Source: Pseudomonadota bacterium
GTDB taxonomy: Bacteria; UBA10199; 2-02-FULL-44-16; DYJF01
Direction: 5' to 3'
DNA length: 64,000 bases
NCBI GenBank assembly: GCA_043823065.1
Contig: JBDRBB010000010.1
Location: forward strand, 1-64,000
Shown here piece by piece: positions 10,421 to 20,814 of the stretch; the stretch's first letter is position 1; each line of letters starts with the position of its first letter. The position numbers and the translations under genes are program-made. The notes beneath the pieces were generated by a model, which was not told where the DNA came from, did no database searches, and saw only the letters and a list, made by a program, of their open reading frames with translations.

Positions 10421-11071
10421 ATGAAATCCCAGTTAAAAACCATTTACAACTTACTTCATAGGGAATTCGGGCCACAGCACTGGTGGCCTGGTGAAAAAGC
10501 TTTTGAAGTTATGGTAGGAGCAATTCTCACCCAAAACACTAATTGGGGAAATGTAGAAAAGGCTATCAATAATCTCAAAGCTCATAATCTTTTATCTGTT
10601 AAAAAAATGTATGAAACAAATCCTAACACCTTAGCTGATCTAATTCGCCCTGCTGGTTATTTTCGAGTTAAAACCAAACGTTTACGCAATTTTCTAAAAT
10701 TCTATTTAGATGAATTCCAAGGTCAAGTTGCAAAAATGCAGCTGCAAGAATTGGCTGACTTGCGTCCTAAAATTCTAGCAGTTAATGGCATTGGCCCAGA
10801 AACAGCTGATTCGATGCTTTTATATGCCTTGGAAAAACCCATCTTTGTGGTTGATGCTTATACTAAAAGAATTCTAAGTCGCCACAACTTACTTTCTGAA
10901 GAAGCAACTTATAATGAAATCCAGGAATTATTTATGGATAATTTAGAAAATGATGTTCAATTTTTTAATGAATATCATGCGCTTTTGGTCAAATGCGGCA
11001 AACAATATTGCCGCCCCAAAAACCCTAGATGTGAGTTGTGCCCACTAAACACATTATTTAGTGGGGCTTAA
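10421..11071 (+). CDS. Endonuclease III-related HhH-GPD DNA glycosylase
   Basis: GAILTQNTNW, GIGPETADS, VVDAY, C-terminal Cys cluster. Confidence 0.88.
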   Translation: MKSQLKTIYNLLHREFGPQHWWPGEKAFEVMVGAILTQNTNWGNVEKAINNLKAHNLLSVKKMYETNPNTLADLIRPAGYFRVKTKRLRNFLKFYLDEFQGQVAKMQLQELADLRPKILAVNGIGPETADSMLLYALEKPIFVVDAYTKRILSRHNLLSEEATYNEIQELFMDNLENDVQFFNEYHALLVKCGKQYCRPKNPRCELCPLNTLFSGA

Positions 11072-13613
11072 CAACAGATAAAACATAAGCATTAAGATCA
11101 ATATATTTCTTGGCCACTTCCCACACCTTTTTTCTGGTAACTTGCATAATTTTTTGGGGATAATTTTCTATATCTTGCAAGGGCAAGCCATACAGTTTAT
11201 TTAAGGTATACCAAGAAGACATGGTCATTAAGCGCTGAGAATCTAAGGCATGGCTGCCAATTAAATATTGTTTAGATCTTTCAATTTCATTTTCGCTAAC
11301 TACATGTTCTAATATTTTACCCAACTCAACTTTAATTCCATTAATAGCTCTGTCAATTTTTGATGGATCAGTGCCAATATAAACCGCAAAATATCCAGGA
11401 TCTGTTCCTTCTACATTAACAGCGCTTACTGCATAAGCCAAACTTAGCCGGTCTCTTAGCTCCAAAAACAAACGACCACCTTGCCCAATCAAAATATTAT
11501 TCAGCACCCCTAAAACATAGCGATCAGGGTGATTAAATGTTGTACCTTGAAAACCCAAAACAATATGAGCTTGTTGCTTATCTTTTTTTAATTGTTCTAC
11601 AGTTGTTATTGTACTTGGTTTTGGACTCTTGGCTACTTTTGGTTGAATAGCTTTGCCTTCAGCCATGTTTGTTAAATTTTGTTCTAAAAGCTCGACTACT
11701 TCTTTGGGGCTAACATCCCCGACCACAGAAATAACAGCGCCTGATTTTCTCATAATATTATTATAGTAGAGCTTAATTCCAGTTGGGCTTAAACTAGACA
11801 CAGAACTGATCTCTCCCAAATTTCTTAAACCATAAGGATGTTTGGGAAAAAGTGTTTTTAAAAAATTTAATAAAGCTACTGCAGACAAAGCATCTTCTTG
11901 ATCTTTAATCGCCTGCAGTTGCAAATTTTTTTCTTTATTCACTTCTTTGGCAGAAAAAGCTGGCTTAGTTAGCACTTCGCAAAAAAGCTCCAGCCCTGCT
12001 TGTAAATGATCGCTCAGAAATTTACTTTTTAAACCCATGGTATTCCGACCGCTAAAACCATCTACATAGCCAGCAATTTTTTCAATATCTTTGGCAATAG
12101 TTATGGCATCTCTATTTTTTGTTCCTTTAGTCAGCAAGCGCACTGCCAATTCACTAATCCCATTATTGGCTTTGGTCTCAAACATCACTCCACCCAAAGC
12201 TGCTCCGCAAACAGCAACCAAAGGCAAAGTATGATCTTCCTTAATTATCACTCTTAAACCATTTTTTAGCTTAAATTCCTCTATGGGCTTGATCGTTTTT
12301 TTCCCTGCTTTCTTGATTTGCTGACCACCTTCAATAATTTGCTTAATCTGAGATTTAGTTTTTGCGCTGCTAGATCCTTTAGGCACAACTAAAGTTATGG
12401 TACAATTATTGGCTGTAAAATAGCGATTAGCCACTTCCAAAAGTTCATCAGTATGCACATCCATTAGTTTTTGATAATATCTGCTTTCAAATTCATGGCT
12501 ATCAGCTGCAGCTAAAAAAGAGGCTATTTTTCCTGCTTCACCACCAACTGTTTCTCGTTCATATAGTTCATGAGAACGCATATTAATTTTAGCCCGTGAA
12601 ATCTCTGAAACTAAAGCTGGTTCAGATTTAATAATTTCTATTTGTTTGCTAATTTCTATTAAAGCTGGCCGAATATTTTTGACATCTAAAAGAGCATTAA
12701 CTGTAAACAAACCTGGATCGCGTGGTGTATAAGAATAAGTTGAAATATGGTGCACTAGATGTTTTTTCTCTTTAATCTCTTGTTCAAAACGAGAAGATTC
12801 TGAACCACCTAAAATATGGGAAAGCAGATCCAAGGCAGGCACATCATTATGCACTAATTCCGGAATATGATAGCCAATGGCTAAATAACAACTTTGCACA
12901 TTCATTGATTCAATCATTAAACGTATTTCGCGCTGGGGAGGTTCAACCAAAATTTCTTTATCTACAATCGGCATTTGTCCTGTTTGAAAATCAGCAAAAG
13001 CTTTTTCCACTTCTTTTAACATTGTATTTGTTTCAAAATCACCAACCACCACCAAGGCCATATTTTTGGGCACATACCAGCGTTTATAAAAATTAAGCAA
13101 ATCTTTTTGCTCAAATGATTTTACCGTTTTTGGATAGCCAATAATTGGTCTAGCATAAGGATGTTTCTGATATGAAGTTTGAAACAAATATTCAGTAACC
13201 ATTCGTCCTGGGTTGTCTTTCTCCCGGCGAATCTCTTCTAATATAACTTCTTTTTCATTCTCTAATTCCTGTTTATCAAACAAGGGATTTTGAATAGCGT
13301 CAGCCAAAATTGCTAAACCCCGTTCTGCATAACGCGCAGCCATATTAATGTAATAAACTGTTTGATCTAAAGAAGTATAAGCATTGATCTCTCCTCCTGC
13401 TGCTTCCACTTCTTTGGCAATAGCACCAACCGGCCTGGTGGGTGTGCCCTTAAATAGCATATGCTCAATCACGTGCGACATGCCTGCTTCTTGGTCTGTT
13501 TCATGGGCTGAACCAACTTTTACCAAAACATTAAAGGAAATAACTGGACTGGAATGATTTTCCTTTAAGACCACTTTTAAGCCATTTTTCAAAAAAAAGG
13601 TTTGAATGCTCAT
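11058..13613 (-). CDS. M16 family zinc peptidase (pitrilysin-like)
   Basis: HVIEH motif, NAYTSLDQT, duplicated M16 domains. Confidence 0.92.
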   Translation of the reverse strand: MSIQTFFLKNGLKVVLKENHSSPVISFNVLVKVGSAHETDQEAGMSHVIEHMLFKGTPTRPVGAIAKEVEAAGGEINAYTSLDQTVYYINMAARYAERGLAILADAIQNPLFDKQELENEKEVILEEIRREKDNPGRMVTEYLFQTSYQKHPYARPIIGYPKTVKSFEQKDLLNFYKRWYVPKNMALVVVGDFETNTMLKEVEKAFADFQTGQMPIVDKEILVEPPQREIRLMIESMNVQSCYLAIGYHIPELVHNDVPALDLLSHILGGSESSRFEQEIKEKKHLVHHISTYSYTPRDPGLFTVNALLDVKNIRPALIEISKQIEIIKSEPALVSEISRAKINMRSHELYERETVGGEAGKIASFLAAADSHEFESRYYQKLMDVHTDELLEVANRYFTANNCTITLVVPKGSSSAKTKSQIKQIIEGGQQIKKAGKKTIKPIEEFKLKNGLRVIIKEDHTLPLVAVCGAALGGVMFETKANNGISELAVRLLTKGTKNRDAITIAKDIEKIAGYVDGFSGRNTMGLKSKFLSDHLQAGLELFCEVLTKPAFSAKEVNKEKNLQLQAIKDQEDALSAVALLNFLKTLFPKHPYGLRNLGEISSVSSLSPTGIKLYYNNIMRKSGAVISVVGDVSPKEVVELLEQNLTNMAEGKAIQPKVAKSPKPSTITTVEQLKKDKQQAHIVLGFQGTTFNHPDRYVLGVLNNILIGQGGRLFLELRDRLSLAYAVSAVNVEGTDPGYFAVYIGTDPSKIDRAINGIKVELGKILEHVVSENEIERSKQYLIGSHALDSQRLMTMSSWYTLNKLYGLPLQDIENYPQKIMQVTRKKVWEVAKKYIDLNAYVLSVVKPH

Positions 13614-13682
13614 ATAAAGTAAACTCCTTGATTTATCATATCTTTGTGATTACTAATCTAACATAAATAACTTCCTGATAAT

Positions 13683-15590
13683 ATGAAAAAAACAGACTTT
13701 AGTAAAATGAGCATTTCTGAGCTAGAAGCTTTGGTGCGCAAGCACAACCACCTCTATTTTATCGAAAATCAGCCGATTATTTCTGATTATGAATTTGATC
13801 AGCTGGTTGAGGAACTAAAAAAACGTAAGCCAGATTCTGCGGTTCTGAAAGAATTGGTTTCAGATGTAACTCCTAGTGGCGCTAAGGTTGTGCATGATAC
13901 ACCCATGCTTTCTTTAGATAAGTGTTATGCTGAAAAAAATATCAATGATTGGGCTGACAAATTTAAAGGCGAGGTTATAGCTTCCCCTAAAATTGACGGA
14001 GCAGCTGTATCAATTAAATACGGAAAAGATGGTAAATTGTTTCAAGCTGCTACTAGGGGTGATGGAATTGAGGGTGAAGATATAACAGCTAATGTCCTTC
14101 ACATTAAATCAATCCCTCATAAAATTTCTCAAAAAAATGTTGAAATTCGCGGTGAAGTTTTTATGCGGCTTTCTATTTTTAAAAAATATAAAGAGCAGTT
14201 CTCCAATCCCCGCAATCTGGCTGCAGGTGCAATTAAGCAAAAAGATCCACAAAAAACAGCTGAATATAATTTATCCTTTTTTGCCTATGATTTACTTAAC
14301 GCCAACCTCAAAACTGAAGCTGAAAAACGGGAAGTATTGGAAAAAAACAAAATTCCAACTGCCCCTTGGTTTTTAATTGCCAAAGACAAGATGCAGCGCA
14401 CGTTTGAAGAGTTCTTAAGCATGCGCGAACAAGATGATTTTGAAACAGATGGCGTGGTTTATAAAGCTAACTTGGTTGCTGAACAAGAACGTTTGGGTTC
14501 CACTGCCCATCATCCACGCTTTGCCATTGCTTATAAATATCAAGGTGAATCAGGAGTTACCACTTTAAAAGAAGTGGAATGGAGTGTGGCTAGAACTGGA
14601 GTAATTACACCTGTTGCTATTGTGGAACCAGTGGAGCTTTCTGGGGCCATGGTTAGCCGGGCTTCTTTGCATAATGTTGGCATCTTAAAAAACTTAAATC
14701 TCACCCTTGGCGCTAAAGTGCTTATGATGCGGCGTGGAGGGGTGATCCCTAATGTTGAATCTGTAGTTGAACCAGGACAAAAACCAGTTGAGGTCCCTGA
14801 AAAGTGCCCTTCTTGTAGCGGTCCAACTGAGCTACTTGAGGATTTTTTGTATTGTAAGCAGCCTAAACGCTGTATCAAAAGCAAGATCGCTGAGCTTGAA
14901 CATTTTATTAAAGAAATAAGCTGTGATGGTCTTGGCAATAAACTAATCTCCCAGCTTTATGAAACCGGTCTGGTTACTGACCCTGCTGAGTTTTATTCTT
15001 TAACCAAAGATGATCTTCTGCAATTGGAACGCATGGGAGATAAACTAGCTTCTAAACTAATTGCCAATATTAAAGAGAAAAAAGAATTGACGCTAGATGT
15101 TTTCTTAAGGGCCCTAGGTATTAAGGAGCTTGGCCGTCATGTGGCCCAAATTTTAAGTGAATATGGGGATCTAAAAAAAGTTATGTCCTTAAAAGAAGAA
15201 GAGCTGGCTAACATTCACAGTATTGGCGAAATTATTGCGCATAATGTAGTGCAAGGCTTGCAAGATAAAAAACCCTTAATCGAAAAATTAGCACAACATA
15301 TTACTTTAATAAAACCAATAAGCAATCATTCCGGCCCTTTGGCTGGCAAAAAAGTCTTGTTTACTGGCAGCCTGGAAACTATGGAGCGCAAACAAGCCCA
15401 AGATTTGGTGGAAAAAAACGGCGGCCGCATTGCTTCTAGCGTTTCCAAAGATCTGGATTATTTAGTAGTTGGCGCTTTAGGCAAACCAGGCTCCAAGTTA
15501 GATAAAGCTAAAAAATTGATTGCAGATGGTGGAAAAATTAAAATTATCTCTGAAAAGGAATTTTTAAAGCTTATTGGAATTGGAAAATGA
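13683..15590 (+). CDS. ligA: NAD-dependent DNA ligase
   Basis: KIDG, ATRGDG..GED, NPRNLAAG, Zn finger, BRCT. Confidence 0.96.
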   Translation: MKKTDFSKMSISELEALVRKHNHLYFIENQPIISDYEFDQLVEELKKRKPDSAVLKELVSDVTPSGAKVVHDTPMLSLDKCYAEKNINDWADKFKGEVIASPKIDGAAVSIKYGKDGKLFQAATRGDGIEGEDITANVLHIKSIPHKISQKNVEIRGEVFMRLSIFKKYKEQFSNPRNLAAGAIKQKDPQKTAEYNLSFFAYDLLNANLKTEAEKREVLEKNKIPTAPWFLIAKDKMQRTFEEFLSMREQDDFETDGVVYKANLVAEQERLGSTAHHPRFAIAYKYQGESGVTTLKEVEWSVARTGVITPVAIVEPVELSGAMVSRASLHNVGILKNLNLTLGAKVLMMRRGGVIPNVESVVEPGQKPVEVPEKCPSCSGPTELLEDFLYCKQPKRCIKSKIAELEHFIKEISCDGLGNKLISQLYETGLVTDPAEFYSLTKDDLLQLERMGDKLASKLIANIKEKKELTLDVFLRALGIKELGRHVAQILSEYGDLKKVMSLKEEELANIHSIGEIIAHNVVQGLQDKKPLIEKLAQHITLIKPISNHSGPLAGKKVLFTGSLETMERKQAQDLVEKNGGRIASSVSKDLDYLVVGALGKPGSKLDKAKKLIADGGKIKIISEKEFLKLIGIGK

Positions 15591-15678
15591 TGTCATTGCG
15601 AGGACCCTGAGCCTGTCGAAGGGGACGTGGCAATCCCATGGGCATAATCTGGATTGCTTCGCTTCGCTCGCAATGACA
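15591..15678. repeat. REP/RPE-like palindrome (GTCATTGCGAG...CTCGCAATGAC)
   Basis: Inverted repeat with internal GGCAATC/GATTGC arms. Confidence 0.8.
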
Positions 15679-15685
15679 AACTGTT

Positions 15686-16747
15686 ATGAATTTAGAATAT
15701 TATCAAGAATTAGACCCTGCTGAATTAAAAAAACGTATTCAACAAACAAGGGATAAGCTGCGTAAAAAACTATTTATCTTAGCCCACTATTACCAGTCTG
15801 ATGAAATGGTGGATTTTTCTGATGCTCAAGGTGATAGCTTTGCTCTGGCCAGCCAAGGTGCTCAAAATAAAGAAGCCCAGTATATTGTTTTTTGTGGGGT
15901 GCGGTTTATGGCTGAGGCCTCAGCAACCTTGGCTAGAAAAGGACAAAGAGTATTTATGCCAGATACTGATGCTGGCTGTCCTTTGGCTGATTGTGCTGAT
16001 ATTGATCAAGTAGAACAAGCTTGGCAGGCCTTGCAAGAAGTTGGAGTTGCTCAAGATGTTATTCCCATTACTTATATGAATTCTTCTTCTGAACTTAAAG
16101 CGTTTTGCGGAAAAAATGGCGGCCTGGTTTGCACCTCATCAAATGCTCCAAAGGCTTTTGATTGGGCCTTAAAACAAAAACCAAAAATATTTTTCTTTCC
16201 AGATGAACATTTGGGACGCAACACTGCTAATGCTAAAAATATTGCCAAATCAGAAACAGTGGTTTGGGATCCTCTTAAAGAACAGGGTGGTTTATCTAGA
16301 AACGATCTCCAATCTGCTAAAGTTATTTTGTGGAAAGGTTTTTGTCATGTACATACTTTTTTTAATTTAGAACACATTAAGCAAATGCGCGAAAAATACC
16401 CTGGTTGCAAAATTGCGGTGCATCCTGAATGCCCCCAAGAAGTGGTGCAAGCAGCAGATGGCAATGGCTCAACTGCATACTTAAAGAAATTTGTAGAAGA
16501 AGATAATTCAGGAAAAACTTTAGTTATAGGCACTGAAATTAATATGGTAGCCAGACTTACTAAAGATAATCCAAATAAAAAAGTCGTTCCTTTGGCTAGG
16601 TCTTTGTGCCCAAATATGTTTAAGACCTCTTTGGCAGATCTGGCTTATGTGTTGGAAAATTTACCAAATGTGAACGAAGTCACTGTTCCATCTTACATAA
16701 AAGATGATGCAAAACTTGCCTTGGAACGAATGCTAACACTGACATAA
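15686..16747 (+). CDS. nadA: Quinolinate synthase
   Basis: LAHYYQ, VFCGVRFMAE, AGCPLA, CTSSNA, HPEC, CPNM. Confidence 0.95.
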   Translation: MNLEYYQELDPAELKKRIQQTRDKLRKKLFILAHYYQSDEMVDFSDAQGDSFALASQGAQNKEAQYIVFCGVRFMAEASATLARKGQRVFMPDTDAGCPLADCADIDQVEQAWQALQEVGVAQDVIPITYMNSSSELKAFCGKNGGLVCTSSNAPKAFDWALKQKPKIFFFPDEHLGRNTANAKNIAKSETVVWDPLKEQGGLSRNDLQSAKVILWKGFCHVHTFFNLEHIKQMREKYPGCKIAVHPECPQEVVQAADGNGSTAYLKKFVEEDNSGKTLVIGTEINMVARLTKDNPNKKVVPLARSLCPNMFKTSLADLAYVLENLPNVNEVTVPSYIKDDAKLALERMLTLT

Positions 16748-16750
16748 CAT

Positions 16751-16836
16751 TTCCTCCCCCTTGATGGGGGAGGATTAAGGTGGGGGTGGATACAGGTCAC
16801 CCTCCCCTTATTCCCCTCCCCTCAAGGGAGGGGAGA
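16751..16836. repeat. GC-rich double hairpin (CCTCCCC...GGGAGG type) REP-like element
   Basis: cctcccccttgatgggggagg and cccctcccctcaagggagggg hairpins. Confidence 0.75.
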
Positions 16837-16850
16837 AAAAGGGAAAATAT

Positions 16851-17201
16851 ATGCAAAAAATTCTTCATAGTTTAGTAATTGCTATAATTTTATTTCCAGC
16901 AATTGGTTTAAGTGGGGATTTTGAGGGGACCAAGGCTTGGAATAAGGTTGATCCAAATTTGCAAGCTGCTTGGCAGGCAGCTCAAAAAAATGGAGATATG
17001 GAAGAAAAATTTTCCTGTATTGTTCGAGTTGAGGCGCCTATGGATGATGGAGATCTTAACTTTTTGACCAGCGCTGGCTTTATTGTGCAAATGCCAGCTG
17101 GAAATAGCGCCCGTGGCCAGGTTAAGGCCAAAAACCTGGAAAATGTGGCAAATTTACCATTTGTGCAAAAAATCATCCTCTCATCACAAAAAGTTCAATA
17201 A
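16851..17201 (+). CDS. Hypothetical secreted protein
   Basis: Signal-peptide-like N-terminus. Confidence 0.6.
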   Translation: MQKILHSLVIAIILFPAIGLSGDFEGTKAWNKVDPNLQAAWQAAQKNGDMEEKFSCIVRVEAPMDDGDLNFLTSAGFIVQMPAGNSARGQVKAKNLENVANLPFVQKIILSSQKVQ

Positions 17202-17240
17202 TATCAAATTGTTATATGATAAAAATAATTTCTAAAATAA

Positions 17241-17270
17241 GCAACTTAAGGGTTCTTTCAACCGATAATA
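17241..17270 (+). promoter_or_regulatory. Sigma28-like promoter GCAACTT-N15-CGATAA
   Basis: -10 resembles FliA GCCGATAA; motif recurs at 50742 and 35078; IHF-consensus TATCAAATTGTTA at 17202-17214. Confidence 0.55.
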
Positions 17271-17310
17271 ATAATGAGACAAGTGTATTAATTTATTAGG
17301 GGTTTAAATT

Positions 17311-18138
17311 ATGTTTAATGGTGGCGAAGTAAGACAACCTACTGCTGAAGAAAGAGCACAGCTAAGAGACTTGACCACTGAATATAATGGTGTTCAAGAA
17401 AGTCTTGATCAACTTAACGAAACTCTTTCTGATCGCAATCAAGTAGCATACGATGCAGGCCAAGAATATGGCACAGTTGACCAGCGCGCTGAAGCAGCTC
17501 ATGGCAGAGTACTCAGCCGTCAAGATGCTGCTTATGCCAGGGATCAACAATTAAAAGATGTTCAGCGTCAACTTGGGCTAGCTTTTGATAATGCAGCCCG
17601 TTCTTTTGATCTAGCCAATTTCATGAACCAGCATGCCATTGAACAGCTGCGTCATGACATGATTCAAGCAGGTCTTGAACTTTATTGCGAAAATTTATTA
17701 GCTGGCCAAGAAGCAATGGCCTCTTTTTTTAGAGGTAGTTTAATTATGATGCGCGCAGAAATGGGCGCTTCTGCTGGCGGCCGTTTAAGCGCTGAATTCA
17801 ACCGACCCAATTATTTCCGCTTACAAGAACCTGCCCAAAACCAATCCCCTGAATATTATGCCAGAGCCAGAAATGAAGAGGGTAATTATCTTTCTCAATT
17901 ACACAGCTATGAAGACCGAGCCGCAGATACTGCTGATCAAGAAAGATTGGCTCAAGCCAGGACTGAAGAAAGAGATTATCGCCAAGAAGCAAGAAGGAGC
18001 GAACACGATAGAGATGAGGCCAGAGCTGCTGTTGACGAAACTTCTGAAGCTAGAACTGCTGAATCTGCCAGACTCAGAAGATTACAAGAAAGAATGCAGG
18101 AAATTAGAGACCGTCCCTACGAAGATAGCGAAGCTTAA
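17311..18138 (+). CDS. Orphan E/R/Q/A-rich coiled-coil protein
   Basis: 275-aa ORF with helical composition. Confidence 0.7.
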   Translation: MFNGGEVRQPTAEERAQLRDLTTEYNGVQESLDQLNETLSDRNQVAYDAGQEYGTVDQRAEAAHGRVLSRQDAAYARDQQLKDVQRQLGLAFDNAARSFDLANFMNQHAIEQLRHDMIQAGLELYCENLLAGQEAMASFFRGSLIMMRAEMGASAGGRLSAEFNRPNYFRLQEPAQNQSPEYYARARNEEGNYLSQLHSYEDRAADTADQERLAQARTEERDYRQEARRSEHDRDEARAAVDETSEARTAESARLRRLQERMQEIRDRPYEDSEA

Positions 18139-19154
18139 CCTTTCATACCAATTCCATCAATTTCAGCCTTACAACTAGGACATTGTGATTTTTCAGAAAT
18201 AGAATTGCTTTCTACTGAATAGCCACTTCGCTCAATTAAAATTTCATTACATTTATAACAATAAGTTCTTTCCATGGCTGGCTCTTTAACATTGCCTAAA
18301 TAAATATAGCGCAGACCAACTTTTTTCCCAATTTCATAAGCTTTTCTTAAAGTCTCTACTGGAGTTGGCGGGATATCTGTTATTTGATAGCCTGGATAAA
18401 AACGGCTAACATGCCAGGGAATATCACGCCCCACTTCCACTAAAAATGAAGCTAAATCCTTAAGCTCTGCTGGATCATCATTTACACCTGGAATAATTAA
18501 AGTAGTTACTTCTAGCCAAACTCCGTTTTCTTTAAGATATTTTATGGAATCACAAACTCCGTCCAGCTGGGCGCCAATTAATTTGCGATAAGTATCTTTG
18601 CGAAATGCCTTTAGATCAACATTGGCTGCATCAAGATAGGGCCTTATCAGATCAATAGCTTCGCGCGTCATATAACCATTGGTTACAAAATTATTTCCAA
18701 TATTATTTTCCTTGGCTAGTTTGGCGCAGTCCAAAGCATACTCAAAAAAAATAGTTGGTTCAGTGTAAGTATAAGAAATACTCTGGCAGCGATTAGCCTT
18801 GGCATGAGCCACAACTTTTTCTGGGCTTACTTCTTCTACCACCTGAGGAGAATGTTTTGGATCATATTGGGAAATATTCCAGTTTTGGCAAAAGCTGCAC
18901 TTAAAATTACAGCCTAAAGTAGCAATAGAAAAAGACTGGGAACCAGGATAATAATGATAGAGAGGTTTTTTTTCTATTGGATCAACGCCCATGGCCACAG
19001 GTTTGCCATAAAAAATACTATATAGTTCACCTTCTTTATTAACCCGGACATGGCATAAACCAGATTGATCAATACCTATGCGGCAATGATGCCTACATAA
19101 TTTACATTGTACCTTTAGATTATCTTCCTTGGTGTATAGCAATGCTTGATGCAT
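18135..19154 (-). CDS. amrS: AmmeMemoRadiSam radical SAM enzyme
   Basis: DPIEKKPLYH, GCNFKCSFCQNW, YTYTEPTIFFEY. Confidence 0.92.
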   Translation of the reverse strand: MHQALLYTKEDNLKVQCKLCRHHCRIGIDQSGLCHVRVNKEGELYSIFYGKPVAMGVDPIEKKPLYHYYPGSQSFSIATLGCNFKCSFCQNWNISQYDPKHSPQVVEEVSPEKVVAHAKANRCQSISYTYTEPTIFFEYALDCAKLAKENNIGNNFVTNGYMTREAIDLIRPYLDAANVDLKAFRKDTYRKLIGAQLDGVCDSIKYLKENGVWLEVTTLIIPGVNDDPAELKDLASFLVEVGRDIPWHVSRFYPGYQITDIPPTPVETLRKAYEIGKKVGLRYIYLGNVKEPAMERTYCYKCNEILIERSGYSVESNSISEKSQCPSCKAEIDGIGMKG

Positions 19155-19155
19155 C

Positions 19156-20772
19156 TCAAAAACCTTTTAGATTAATCCCAAACCTGGCTACTTTGGCTGA
19201 CAAAGTAGTTCTGGCAATTCCTAATTTTTTGGCAGCTTGGGATTGATTGCCCTTAAATTCATGCAAAGCAGAAACAATGGCATTTCTTTCAGTTGATTCT
19301 AAACTTACTTGCGCAAATGCTTCCATATCTAAAGGCGCAAAAACAATATCTGCAGCAGTAATTTTTGCATTACTTGTCAACAAGACAGCTCGTTGAATAA
19401 CATTTTTTAACTCGCGCACATTGCCAGGCCAATTATGAGCCAGTAATTTTTCTTGGGCATCTTTAGCCAAGGAAATATTTTTACCAGGAGGCGTAAAATC
19501 TTTGATAAATTTTTTAGCTAAGAGTTCAACATCTCCTTCTCTTTCACGCAAAGGTTTTAGTTGAATAGGCACTACATATAATCTATAAAAAAGATCCTGG
19601 CGAAAAGTTTTGCCTGCCACCATTTTTTGTAAATCCTGATTAGTAGCAGCAATTAATCTAAAATTTACATCTATGTCTTGCTTGCCGCCCAATCTTCTGA
19701 TTTGACGATTTTCCAAGACCTGCAAAAGCCTGGTTTGCAGCTCTAAAGGCATTTCGCCAATTTCATCCAGGAAAATTGTGCCGCCCTGAGCTTGCTCAAA
19801 CAAACCAATGGCGCGCTCAGTTGCGCCAGTAAACGCACCTTTTTCATGACCAAAAAGCTGGCTTTCAATTAAAGTAGCTGGCAAGGCGCCACAATTGACA
19901 GAAACAAAAGATTTATCAGTCCGCTCACTATGCTCATGAAGCAATCTAGCTACTAAATCTTTACCTGTTCCGCTTTCGCCAGTTATTAAAACAGTTGCCT
20001 CTGAAGGAGCTACTTGCTCAATTAAAGCAAACACTTCTCTCATGGTCAAACTTTGACCAAACATATTTCCCAACTTAACTTCTTGGATTGGCTTTAAGGC
20101 TTCTGTGGCGCATTCCAAATGATAATTAATTACGGTCTTGCCGATTTGAAAACATCCTTTTTCTGGCAGACGCATTTGTTCAATACGCACGCCATCTAAA
20201 AAAGTGCCATTAGTACTACCCAAATCTATTAACATTAATCCTTTGTCATTATTGATTAAGCGGCAATGACGACGGGAAACAAAATCATCATTAATACATA
20301 TTTCACAATTATCTACAGTTCCTAAAATAGCTTCAGCCTTGGTAATTGTTTTGGTAAACTTTTTACCCTGAGCTGGCACAACATCTAATTTCAAACGCTG
20401 AGAAGAAATTATTTTTTGATTAACATCAAAATTTAAGATTGAAGTAGCCTGCCTGGGCTGACTGATTGTAGGGATTTTTGCCTCTAAACTGGTATTATTA
20501 ACTTCAATATGCCAATTACCAATAGCGATTTTATCACCTGACTTTAGCACTGCTGTTTTAATTGGGTCATCATTTAACAAGGTGCCATTGGTGCTGGTGT
20601 CTGCTAAAAGATATTCTCCATCTCCCCATTCTATAAGACAATGATGTCTGGAAATGGTTTCATCCATTAGCTGGACTTGATTATCACTGTCACGACCGAT
20701 GCTAATTTTATGTCGGCCAAGGGTACGACGTAAACAAGGCTGGCCATCTTTGAAAAACACTAATTCAAGCAT
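19156..20772 (-). CDS. Double-FHA sigma54-dependent transcriptional activator
   Basis: Two FHA domains (SRxH, STNGT), GESGTGK, GAFTGA, Fis-type HTH. Confidence 0.93.
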   Translation of the reverse strand: MLELVFFKDGQPCLRRTLGRHKISIGRDSDNQVQLMDETISRHHCLIEWGDGEYLLADTSTNGTLLNDDPIKTAVLKSGDKIAIGNWHIEVNNTSLEAKIPTISQPRQATSILNFDVNQKIISSQRLKLDVVPAQGKKFTKTITKAEAILGTVDNCEICINDDFVSRRHCRLINNDKGLMLIDLGSTNGTFLDGVRIEQMRLPEKGCFQIGKTVINYHLECATEALKPIQEVKLGNMFGQSLTMREVFALIEQVAPSEATVLITGESGTGKDLVARLLHEHSERTDKSFVSVNCGALPATLIESQLFGHEKGAFTGATERAIGLFEQAQGGTIFLDEIGEMPLELQTRLLQVLENRQIRRLGGKQDIDVNFRLIAATNQDLQKMVAGKTFRQDLFYRLYVVPIQLKPLREREGDVELLAKKFIKDFTPPGKNISLAKDAQEKLLAHNWPGNVRELKNVIQRAVLLTSNAKITAADIVFAPLDMEAFAQVSLESTERNAIVSALHEFKGNQSQAAKKLGIARTTLSAKVARFGINLKGF

Positions 20773-20814
20773 GGGAAAGGTATAAAACGGGCTTTAGCCT
20801 GGCGTCAATGGTTA

